Shown here piece by piece: positions 1 to 7,195 of a stretch of 45,430 nucleotides of DNA. Positions within the stretch are counted from its first letter, which is position 1, and the number at the start of each line of letters is the position of its first letter. The position numbers and the translations under genes were made by a program. The stretch lies in NCBI GenBank assembly GCA_017619885.1, contig JAFZRM010000030.1:1-45430 (forward strand), read 5' to 3'. The notes below the pieces were generated by a model. The model was given only the letters and a program-made list of their open reading frames with translations, ran no database searches and had not been told where the DNA came from. This DNA comes from Clostridia bacterium. Its GTDB lineage: Bacteria; Bacillota; Clostridia; Oscillospirales; CAG-272.

Positions 1-164
1 CCGTCGGACTTTACTCAATGCTTTTCGGAACACACCCCGATACGAACCTGTTCACACAGTTCGCCGCGGGCTGCGTGATAGTGGCGATACCGATCGTCAC
101 GCTGTTCATGTTCCTGCAGAAGTATTACGTGGAGGGCGTGACCGCCGGAGCGGTAAAAGGATAA
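1..164 (+). CDS. carbohydrate ABC transporter permease (MalG/CUT1-type), 3' fragment; start lies upstream of window
   Basis: Frame 3 reads ...LFTQFAAGCVIVAIPIVTLFMFLQKYYVEGVTAGAVKG followed by TAA at 162-164. This tail is typical of sugar ABC permease C-termini, and malQ is nearby. Confidence 0.7.
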   Translation, partial: VGLYSMLFGTHPDTNLFTQFAAGCVIVAIPIVTLFMFLQKYYVEGVTAGAVKG

Positions 165-168
165 ATAC

Positions 169-393
169 AAAAAGAGCTGCTAGCGGTGTACTTCGTAAGG
201 AAGTACACCGCAGCTAAATTCGCCGCGAGCGGCGAGCTAAATTATGCTCCGCATAGCTAAATTTGCTTCGCAAGCTAAATTCGCTGACGCGAGCTGAAAG
301 AGGATAACCCACTATGACACTTTCTATAATTGAAAGGTATCACAGTGGGTTTGTTTCTTCTTTATATAGTCTCTCCCTGCGGCAGCTCTTTTT
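169..393. repeat. composite 225-bp repeat unit bounded by 12-bp inverted repeats (AAAAAGAGCTGC at 169-180 / GCAGCTCTTTTT at 382-393)
   Basis: Contains a perfect 12-bp stem hairpin (183-194/200-211), the AGCTAAATT array (212-300) and an 87-nt hairpin element (292-378). The reverse complement of that element recurs at 45185-45271. Confidence 0.7.
212..300. repeat. short-period array: constant 9-mer AGCTAAATT alternating with variable mini-hairpins (5 units)
   Basis: Units start at 212, 235, 255, 273 and 292; the last is degenerate (AGCTGAAAG). Intervening segments are small palindromes: CGCCGCGAGCGGCG, ATGCTCCGCAT, TGCTTCGCA, CGCTGACGCG. Confidence 0.8.
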
Positions 394-395
394 GA

Positions 396-535
396 GTGAA
401 ATATTCCGCATGAGCGGAATGTGAAATTTGACTGTCGTCAAGTGAAATACGCTGCGCGTGTGAAATCCGTCCGCTTACTCGAACGGGTGAAAGAGGTGTC
501 GCTTGCGCGACGTTCGGTGCGCTTCGCGCGTTGGG
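396..535. repeat. second short-period array: constant GTGAAAT alternating with variable mini-hairpins (5 units)
   Basis: GTGAAAT at 396, 421, 442 and 460, then GTGAAAG at 487. Spacers are hairpins: ATTCCGCATGAGCGGAAT, TTGACTGTCGTCAA, ACGCTGCGCGT, CCGTCCGCTTACTCGAACGG, GTCGCTTGCGCGAC. Confidence 0.8.
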
Positions 536-540
536 GACTC

Positions 541-1070
541 CCCCGCCCCCCTTCTACCGCCCCCAAACCCCCACCTCCCCCCCAATATGAATTGGGGCTT
601 TTGCAAAATGCAGTAATTGGAAATATTTGGGAATTGTAAAAACCATCCATGCGGCTTTAGCCGCGCGTGCGGGCGCCCCCACCACCACCCGCGCGCTTAC
701 CTTTTATTCTTTACTGTTTGTTTGGTGAAGCCTTTAGGCGACGGGTCGTCGAGGGCGCCGACCCCTACGGCTGCCGCTGCCCCCTCATTCGTAGAATGAC
801 GGGAGCCGGGGTTCCCCGCTGCGAACAGCGGTGGGGGTTCCCGGGAGGGGAACAGGGGGTTTGGGGGGCGACGAGCATTGCGCCGCCCGGGGCGGATGAA
901 GCAATGCGAGGAAGGCGCAGCGGTCGAAAAAATCGAGCATGGTCACGGTAGTGACGCGATGATTTTTTCGGGTCACCGCAAGCGGGTTTGAGGGGTGGGA
1001 AACCCCCAAGATCGTCGGCGCATAGGGGTTCCCCGCCGCGAACTGGAGAGCGGTGGGGGTTCCCGTAGCC
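541..1070. repeat. GC-rich non-coding segment with C-tracts (541-583), G-tracts (832-868) and two copies of GGGGTTCCCCGCYGCGAAC...GCGGTGGGGGTTCCCG (807-844, 1025-1065)
   Basis: Read directly from the sequence. All ORFs here are overlapping Pro/Gly/Arg-rich shadows in several frames with no SD sites. Confidence 0.6.
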
Positions 1071-1084
1071 GACTCCGCTTGCAT

Positions 1085-1114
1085 AATAAAAAACAGGCGA
1101 CCGATGGTCGCCCG
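1085..1114 (-). terminator. rho-independent terminator of malQ
   Basis: The minus strand reads GGCGACC-ATC-GGTCGCC followed by TGTTTTTTATT, about 20 nt after the malQ stop. Confidence 0.75.
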
Positions 1115-1130
1115 TTCATTTTGCGCAGTA

Positions 1131-2600
1131 TCAGAAAAACTTGCCTCTGTTGCTTTGGATGTTGAGCATGCGGACCTTTTCGGCGACTTTGCCGTAATCG
1201 ACCGGGAGCATCCTCCACAGCCAGTTGCAGCCGACCGTGCCTGGCACGTTCATCCGGCATTGCTCTCCCAGGTTGAGCAGATCCTGCATCGGTACTACCG
1301 CGGTGTCGGCTTCGGCGGTGAACGCCGCTTCAAGCATGGCGTCAACTATATCGTCGCCGTCTTTCATCTGCAGGACTTTTCTCACTCTCGCCTTGACCTC
1401 GGGGGCCGCACTTTCCCACCAGCCGAGCGTTGTGTTGTTGTCGTGCGTGCCGGTGTAGACGAAACAGTTTTTCGTATGTGTTTCGGGAAGTTCTCCGTCG
1501 ACTTCGGCGTCAAACGCGAACTGAAGCACCTTCATTCCCGGATAGCCGCAGTATGCGAGCAGATCGCGCACCGTCTGATTGACGACGCCGAGGTCCTCCG
1601 CGACGATCTTCAGTCCCGGAAGTTCGGCTTTTATTCTGTCAAACAGTTTTTTGCCGGGTCCGATCTCGTATTTTCCGTGCAGAGCCGTCGGCTCGCTCGA
1701 AGGTATGGCGTAGTAGTTTGCGAAGCCGATGAAATGGTCGATCCTCAGAATATCGAACATTTCGCCGAGGGCTCTCAGCCTGCTGATCCACCACGAATAT
1801 CCGTCCGCTTCATGCCTGTCCCATGCGTATAACGGATTGCCCCATCTCTGCCCGTTCTCGGAGAAATAATCCGGCGGGACTCCGGCGATCCTTATGGGCC
1901 GGCATTGCTCGTCAAGCTCGAACATCTGCGGATTGAGCCAGACGTCGGCAGAGTCCTCCGCCACGTAGATCGGCAGATCGCCCATCAGCATAACGCCCCT
2001 GCTTTTTGCGTATTCGTGCAGCTTTGACCACTGATCGAAGAAAACGTACTGCTCGTATACGTAAAGGTCAATTTGCTTTGCGAGCTCTTTTTTGTACTTT
2101 CTTACCGCCGCGGGCTTTCTCAGGCGTATCTTCTGATCCGGCCACTGCATCCACGAGTCTTCGTTATAAAGCGATTTAATCGCTCTGAACAGTCCGTAAT
2201 CGCGAACCCACGGATGACTTTTCTCAAATTCGCGGATGCTTTTGCCGAGTTTTTCGTAAGAGTATTCAAACGACAGCTTTATCAGTTCGTGATTCTGTTT
2301 TTTCACCGCCTCGAAATCGACGTTCTGCAGGATCGGCAGCGGCTCGTACGAGCCCTTCGGCAGAAGGTCCTCCGCCTCGAGCATCTCAAAGTCGATGACG
2401 AGCGGATTGCCCGCAAAGGTAGAACTGCTCTGGTACGGCGATTCGGCGTAGCCGGTGGGACCGAGCGGCAGCATCTGCCATATCGTCATGCCGGAATCCT
2501 TTACAAAATCGACGAAATCGTACGCGGCTTTGCCGAGCGTTCCGATGCCTCCGTCCGACGGGAGCGAGGTAATATGAAGAAGTACTCCGCTTTGTCTCAT
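1131..2600 (-). CDS. malQ: 4-alpha-glucanotransferase (amylomaltase, GH77)
   Basis: The N-terminus MRQSGVLLHITSLPSDGGIGTLGKAAYDFVDFV...WQMLPLGPTGYAESPYQSSSTFAGNPLVID is the classic MalQ signature. GGAGG lies 7 nt upstream of the ATG at 2600. Predicted length 489 aa. Confidence 0.92.
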   Translation of the reverse strand: MRQSGVLLHITSLPSDGGIGTLGKAAYDFVDFVKDSGMTIWQMLPLGPTGYAESPYQSSSTFAGNPLVIDFEMLEAEDLLPKGSYEPLPILQNVDFEAVKKQNHELIKLSFEYSYEKLGKSIREFEKSHPWVRDYGLFRAIKSLYNEDSWMQWPDQKIRLRKPAAVRKYKKELAKQIDLYVYEQYVFFDQWSKLHEYAKSRGVMLMGDLPIYVAEDSADVWLNPQMFELDEQCRPIRIAGVPPDYFSENGQRWGNPLYAWDRHEADGYSWWISRLRALGEMFDILRIDHFIGFANYYAIPSSEPTALHGKYEIGPGKKLFDRIKAELPGLKIVAEDLGVVNQTVRDLLAYCGYPGMKVLQFAFDAEVDGELPETHTKNCFVYTGTHDNNTTLGWWESAAPEVKARVRKVLQMKDGDDIVDAMLEAAFTAEADTAVVPMQDLLNLGEQCRMNVPGTVGCNWLWRMLPVDYGKVAEKVRMLNIQSNRGKFF

Positions 2601-2648
2601 TATCATACCTCCGGACAAAAATTGCAGACTTTGCGTCTTTACTTTTTT

Positions 2649-2677
2649 ATTTTAGCATATTTTATCCGATAAGTCAA
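2649..2677 (-). promoter_or_regulatory. candidate sigma-70 promoter for malQ
   Basis: Minus strand reads TTGACT-17 nt-TAAAAT. Confidence 0.4.
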
Positions 2678-2695
2678 CCGAAGTGTCAAATAATC

Positions 2696-3766
2696 TTATT
2701 TTTTATTGCAAGTGTGATCCAGGTAACAGAATAACGGTTGATTATTTGTATAGTCCCACGTATGTGCTGAATCTCCTCCGCAAATAACACGTTCCGGGCA
2801 ATTTATACATTTTAAGCAATCTGTCGTCCTATCTCTTCTGAAGACCTCAAAACGATTTTGCCATGCTGACCAGAAGTCGTCTGTATGTATATTTCCTTGC
2901 GTCAGCTCCGGTTTATTTATGATGTCCAGACAAGCACAAATATCCCCGTTGCTTCGTACGCTTGCGGTTAATATGCCCGCTCCGCATAAGAAGTAATGAT
3001 CGCGCACCATCCTTTCATGTTCTGACCCGAGATAATGCGAACAACCAAAAGTAACCTCCATACCACATTCGGGATCAAATCGCTTTTCGCGGATAAATGA
3101 CAGCAAGTATGTAAATTGTTCCGGCGTCAGCATAAGATCGTCGTATTCACATGCCCGTCCGATCGGCTCGATATTGACCGGGCGCCAACTTCTGACGCCT
3201 ATAGTCTTGAGAAACTCGTATGTTTTTTCGAGTTCGTCGATATTATTCCGGTGAATGACCGTTGTGACCTGAGGTTCAAAACCTGCTTTTTGCAGCAGTT
3301 CCAATCCGCGGACCGCAAGACGCCATGCTCCCTTATATCTTCTCAATGAATCATGGGAAGCTTCCAGCCCGTCCAGACTGACAGATACAGTCGACATTCC
3401 GGTTTGCTTGAGACTGTTTGCCGTTGCTTCGTTTATCAGAGTGGCATTCGTAGTCATTCCCCATAAAAAGCCCAGAGACCGTACACATTCGGCGATCTCA
3501 AAAAAACCTTTATGTAATAAAGGCTCCCCTCCGGTCAAGCAGATCGAAGGCTTTTCATCTCTGATAGATAGCAGCGTGGTCCTGACGTCTTCAATCGCCA
3601 GGTCTTGTCCTTCTGAAGAACAACCGCTGCCGCAATGCGCGCATTTTAGATTGCATCTGTTCGTTATTTCGAAAAAGAGCCATCGAAGATGCGGGGCGGT
3701 CTGCAGATACTTTCTATGCTGAGCAACACGTTCAAGCTGAGAGCGCTTTAATGCTATTATGTCCAT
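2696..3766 (-). CDS. radical SAM enzyme with C-terminal SPASM/twitch Cys clusters (peptide/protein-modifying type)
   Basis: CNLKCAHC (CxxxCxxC) near the N-terminus. GGEPLL. C-terminal CGAGILTASVRSNGDICAC and CLKCINCPERVICGGDS. The ATG overlaps the stop of the upstream zinc-ribbon gene by 10 nt. Confidence 0.85.
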   Translation of the reverse strand: MDIIALKRSQLERVAQHRKYLQTAPHLRWLFFEITNRCNLKCAHCGSGCSSEGQDLAIEDVRTTLLSIRDEKPSICLTGGEPLLHKGFFEIAECVRSLGFLWGMTTNATLINEATANSLKQTGMSTVSVSLDGLEASHDSLRRYKGAWRLAVRGLELLQKAGFEPQVTTVIHRNNIDELEKTYEFLKTIGVRSWRPVNIEPIGRACEYDDLMLTPEQFTYLLSFIREKRFDPECGMEVTFGCSHYLGSEHERMVRDHYFLCGAGILTASVRSNGDICACLDIINKPELTQGNIHTDDFWSAWQNRFEVFRRDRTTDCLKCINCPERVICGGDSAHTWDYTNNQPLFCYLDHTCNKK

Positions 3767-4059
3767 ATATCATCATCTTTTGATAGAATAAAGCTCTCAA
3801 ATCTGGTTTCTTTATAGTTTTTTGCCGGAGCAGAACCCCCGCACTGCGGACACCACCGCTGCTTGTCATCCATTTGATTCGTTTCCCACGAGAATCCGCA
3901 GTTGGCGCACGTATGGACTCTCCTGATCGGCGGAGGTCCGTAAAGGCACGCAAAGCGTTCTTCAATAAAATCTGGTTTTCCCATCGGAGCACCGCAAAAA
4001 CGGCAGTACTTATCTCCTTCAATATATGTGTTCTTGCAATTTGAACAAACTTTACGCAT
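3757..4059 (-). CDS. 100-aa double zinc-ribbon, Cys-rich protein
   Basis: MRKVCSNCKNTYIEGDKYCRFCGAP...HTCANCGFSWET...RWCPQCGG contains four CxxC pairs plus one extra Cys. AAGGAG lies 8 nt upstream of the ATG at 4059. The longer TTG start at 4077 was rejected because the SD lies inside it. Confidence 0.75.
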   Translation of the reverse strand: MRKVCSNCKNTYIEGDKYCRFCGAPMGKPDFIEERFACLYGPPPIRRVHTCANCGFSWETNQMDDKQRWCPQCGGSAPAKNYKETRFESFILSKDDDIWT

Positions 4060-4106
4060 ATATCTTTCTCCTTGCAATTTATGATTATTATTTAACTACG
4101 CGAATT

Positions 4107-5519
4107 TTAATTATTATTTTCCAATTTTTCAAGTTCTCTTCGATGATATTCAATGCTCCGTTCTTTGCAAAACTCTTTAGCATAGCCGTAATAGTTGTTA
4201 TCTTTCGGTATCATTTCGATTATTTCTTCCAGCTCCCTGATCTCGGAAACATAGTCATATTCGTCTTCTTTTTTATCAGACCCTATCGATTCCACGTATC
4301 GCAACCGGCAGCAATTATAGCGAGCCGTCGGGAAGATCGACGAGAGATACGAAAGATTTTGTTTTAATTCGATATATTCGGCATATGAGATCTCTTCTCC
4401 CGGTCCTTCCCTGCCTGGCAGCTTCTTATTTTTCTTAACACACAAATCATTCACCAAACCGGTGGTTATACCGTTAAGATATACAAGATTCGCTTTTGAT
4501 TTTGCGATACTCTCCATTTCGTTTTTTATTTCATCTTTTTTGTCATCCGGCAAAGAAATATCCTTTCGGATGATCATCGCAGAAGCGCCGTTTGCAGCCA
4601 GATCGTTATTCTCTTTTATAGCATAAACGTATAGTATTCTGAATGCCAATGCTAGATCATCGTGATCGCTTTTTATATCGTTCAAAAAACTGAATTTTGG
4701 ATCTGAATCAATTATCTTTCCGATTTTTCTTTCAATAGAAGTTTTTACTTCATAATAGGCTTCAATAACATCGTTTTCAGTCACGACCCCCATTTTCAGA
4801 CTGTTCCTGTTTTTCCGCAAAAACAATCCTATATCGATCATCACGATAGGAGAGCGGCTGTATGATTTATATATCCTTGCCGCTTCGGCCAATCTTCCGA
4901 CGTTTGAGCAGTAATCCCCGGCCAGCAATGAAGCTTGCTCATTATATCCGGCAAAACGCCGCAAAATGCTGTAACGCGGTTCCTCATCAAATCTGAACAC
5001 GTAGCTTTGGTTGATCATATTCTGAGCATGCATATGCGGCATAAAAAACGGTTTATTGAATCCGTGTACAATAACAGTATAAAAGACGTCAAGACAAGCA
5101 GTTTCCTTCGTCTCATCCGATGCTTTTTCGTCTTGCAGCACTTTTCTGCAGTTTTCGATCGACGCCATCTCATCGCGTTCAAAGAAACGGTATCTGGCAT
5201 CTTCAGTCATCTTCAGCGCCAGATAATATTTGGCGTCACGATCGATCAGATCTGTTATACGTGATACATTGTTTTTTAATTGAGCGCTTTTTTTCGTTAA
5301 ATCGCTGAACTTTGAAATCAGCGTGCCGCACTCCGATTGAACGCATTTAATATACTTGCTCTTCATCTTCTGCTCGACAAGTCCATCCAATAGTATGCCC
5401 AGCACCTGAACGATTTTTGTCATACCTTCGATGTTTTCGGCCAGCTTTTCGCAAACTGTTTTGATATTCAGTTTATCATAGATTTCTTCTGTTTCTACAC
5501 TGCTCTTTTGAATTTTCAT
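4107..5519 (-). CDS. hypothetical protein, 470 aa, predicted all-helical, no family recognised
   Basis: Long ORF in the AT-rich island. GGAG/AAGGGG SD upstream of the ATG (MKIQKSS). A consensus promoter lies immediately upstream. First gene of the minus operon. Confidence 0.7.
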   Translation of the reverse strand: MKIQKSSVETEEIYDKLNIKTVCEKLAENIEGMTKIVQVLGILLDGLVEQKMKSKYIKCVQSECGTLISKFSDLTKKSAQLKNNVSRITDLIDRDAKYYLALKMTEDARYRFFERDEMASIENCRKVLQDEKASDETKETACLDVFYTVIVHGFNKPFFMPHMHAQNMINQSYVFRFDEEPRYSILRRFAGYNEQASLLAGDYCSNVGRLAEAARIYKSYSRSPIVMIDIGLFLRKNRNSLKMGVVTENDVIEAYYEVKTSIERKIGKIIDSDPKFSFLNDIKSDHDDLALAFRILYVYAIKENNDLAANGASAMIIRKDISLPDDKKDEIKNEMESIAKSKANLVYLNGITTGLVNDLCVKKNKKLPGREGPGEEISYAEYIELKQNLSYLSSIFPTARYNCCRLRYVESIGSDKKEDEYDYVSEIRELEEIIEMIPKDNNYYGYAKEFCKERSIEYHRRELEKLENNN

Positions 5520-5538
5520 ATCATCACCCCTTTTCTCC

Positions 5539-5567
5539 ATTATACAACACATTCTTGGAATTGTCAA
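5539..5567 (-). promoter_or_regulatory. consensus sigma-70 promoter of the minus operon
   Basis: Minus strand reads TTGACA (5567-5562), 17 nt, TATAAT (5544-5539). It sits about 20 nt upstream of the ATG at 5519, so the leader is very short. Confidence 0.6.
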
Positions 5568-5615
5568 CTATAGAATATGATTATTTTTTTGATTTTCCGT
5601 AATATTATCACGACT

Positions 5616-5719
5616 TTTCCAGATTATTCTCAAGAATACTTGACAGATTTTGATGTTATTCTTAATTTCGCTGGCCAACAGAAAATTTTTTCCAGATAAT
5701 TCTCGAATACTATTGACAA
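5616..5719. promoter_or_regulatory. two copies of an imperfect 31-bp direct repeat (5616-5646, 5689-5719), candidate operator pair
   Basis: TTTTCCAGATTATTCTCAAGAATACTTGACA versus TTTTCCAGATAATTCTCGAATACTATTGACA. Each ends in TTGACA and contains a small ATTCT..AGAAT / ATTC..GAAT dyad. Confidence 0.5.
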
Positions 5720-5741
5720 ATCCAGAAAATAGTATATAATA
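5714..5741 (+). promoter_or_regulatory. sigma-70 promoter of the six-gene plus operon
   Basis: TTGACA (5714-5719), 16 nt, TATAAT (5736-5741). This implies a 5' UTR of about 150 nt before the ATG at 5899. Confidence 0.55.
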
Positions 5742-5898
5742 TATGTTGACGTTTCTTAAAATCAGTATCATCGTTAGTTATGATCCACGTGCTTTGGTAA
5801 GCGATCACTTATTACGTTACTACATCAAAATACGATTCATATATATATGCGCTCTCATGTGCAAATCGTTATACAGAATCAATTGAAGGAGACCTGAA

Positions 5899-7164
5899 AT
5901 GGAAATAAAACGCTGCGGTGATGACGTCGTCGATTACAAGATAGATATTTGTGATCCGTATTCATTCAGAAAGCTTAAGCAAGACGTCTTCAGCTCATAT
6001 CGAAACAAGAGAAATGCCGGGTTCGATATATCTAACGTATACGAAGACTTCGGAGAAATGCTCGTAATGGGTGTGAACACGCTTGTTCTTGATTACTATT
6101 ATCTGATCAGTGAGCTGTCAAAAAAATTCAAGGTCATAATGCTCGGAGAAGACTTCGGGCTCTCATCCGTTTCTTATCTTTTGGGGTTGAGTACCTATAA
6201 TTCCGGCCAGCTCAAAACAAACATTGAATACGGGCAGTTTTGGCCGTCGCGTCTCAGCTTTGGAATCGACAGAAGTAAAGCGTCGGATTTTGAAGAAGCA
6301 ATACGAGCTTTTGATACCGACGAGCACGGGAATCTGCCCGGTGTAAACGAAAAGTACGGCGAGGATTCAAACCGCGTTGAAACCATAAAGATGGGCCAGA
6401 GACCCGTAACGATCAAGGTCCGTTACATCGACACAAAGCGCTTTCGTTTGTTAACAGACAACGAACCAGATTATTCAGCTCTGCCTTTTCCGAAAATCGC
6501 AGCGGATACGTTATACGATCTGCTCGATGGTAAAACTGAATGTTATCGCATAGGAGAGGAATCTGCAGAATTGATCGAACCCCTCCTGACCATGTTCAAA
6601 CCTGAATCGTTTAAGGAGCTTGAACAGGTCTGCGCTCTTTTGCTGGCAAGCAGAGATTCGGCGGATGTCATACTCAAAAGGAGAGAATCCGGCTTTGAAC
6701 ACTGGGAGATGTACTTGTCAAAAGAGAGCTTTGCACGCTTTGTTTTCGGGATCGACGGCTATTATGATGACGCCGTCCGACTGATCTCAAGAATGGACGA
6801 CGGAACAGTCGGCGATGAAGATATCGAAATACTTAAAGATCTCGGTACAAGCGATGACGTGATCAACGATATCTGTAAGATGCGCAGCATTCCTTGCAGA
6901 GCTTTTGCAGCAGATCTTGCCAGGATCGTGTGGCGCAGTCAGCTTGAGAAAAACGCGATATCTGAGCTTCGTGACTTCTGGCCCTTGTCGGATGATCCCG
7001 ATACTGACGATCGCGAGCAGGAGATCCTTGACCGTATTCCCTGCACTGACGAGGGCATGAAAGCTGTAAAAGACTATCTCGAATCTTATGAAAGCTATCA
7101 GGCTCGCGATCGGTTAAGAGAAATACGTGAGGAACTGAACTGGCGGCGCTTTGCCGGCATATAA
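5899..7164 (+). CDS. hypothetical protein A (421 aa); by-eye resemblance to a truncated DnaE/PolC (Pol III alpha) palm-fingers core
   Basis: AAGGAG 7 nt upstream of the ATG. Motifs occur in DnaE order: GEDFGLSSVSYLLGLST (cf. [19 protein letters not shown]), QFWPSRLSFGID (cf. RFLNPERVSMPDIDID), VRYIDTKRFRLLT (cf. VKFDFLGLRTLT), YRIGEES (cf. GVFQLES), FKPESFKELEQVCALLLASRD (cf. LKPDRFEDIIALVALYRPGP). The coding call is solid; the homology call is tentative. Confidence 0.8.
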   Translation: MEIKRCGDDVVDYKIDICDPYSFRKLKQDVFSSYRNKRNAGFDISNVYEDFGEMLVMGVNTLVLDYYYLISELSKKFKVIMLGEDFGLSSVSYLLGLSTYNSGQLKTNIEYGQFWPSRLSFGIDRSKASDFEEAIRAFDTDEHGNLPGVNEKYGEDSNRVETIKMGQRPVTIKVRYIDTKRFRLLTDNEPDYSALPFPKIAADTLYDLLDGKTECYRIGEESAELIEPLLTMFKPESFKELEQVCALLLASRDSADVILKRRESGFEHWEMYLSKESFARFVFGIDGYYDDAVRLISRMDDGTVGDEDIEILKDLGTSDDVINDICKMRSIPCRAFAADLARIVWRSQLEKNAISELRDFWPLSDDPDTDDREQEILDRIPCTDEGMKAVKDYLESYESYQARDRLREIREELNWRRFAGI

Positions 7165-7195
7165 AACTACAATACTTGAACAGGAGGCCTTTGCT

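Noticed and set aside
212-535. CRISPR array interpretation of the short-period repeats
   Set aside because: The period of 18-27 bp is far too short. The constant part is only 7-9 nt and non-palindromic, while the variable part is palindromic. There are no cas genes in the window.
421-1260. Several overlapping 60-100-aa ORFs on both strands (421-639, 438-650, 667-951, 785-1084, 973-1260)
   Set aside because: They encode Pro/Gly/Arg/Ala-rich low-complexity translations, overlap each other in multiple frames, have no SD sites, and coincide with repeat and GC-tract DNA. I treat them as non-coding.
2696-3766. Prokaryotic viperin (pVip) defence enzyme
   Set aside because: The protein has additional C-terminal SPASM/twitch Cys clusters and a PqqE/AlbA-like layout, not the compact viperin architecture. 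No nucleotide-kinase partner is present.
3732-4022. 96-aa ORF overlapping the zinc-ribbon gene
   Set aside because: It is an alternative frame of the same region without an SD. The zinc-ribbon frame has an AAGGAG SD and four CxxC pairs.
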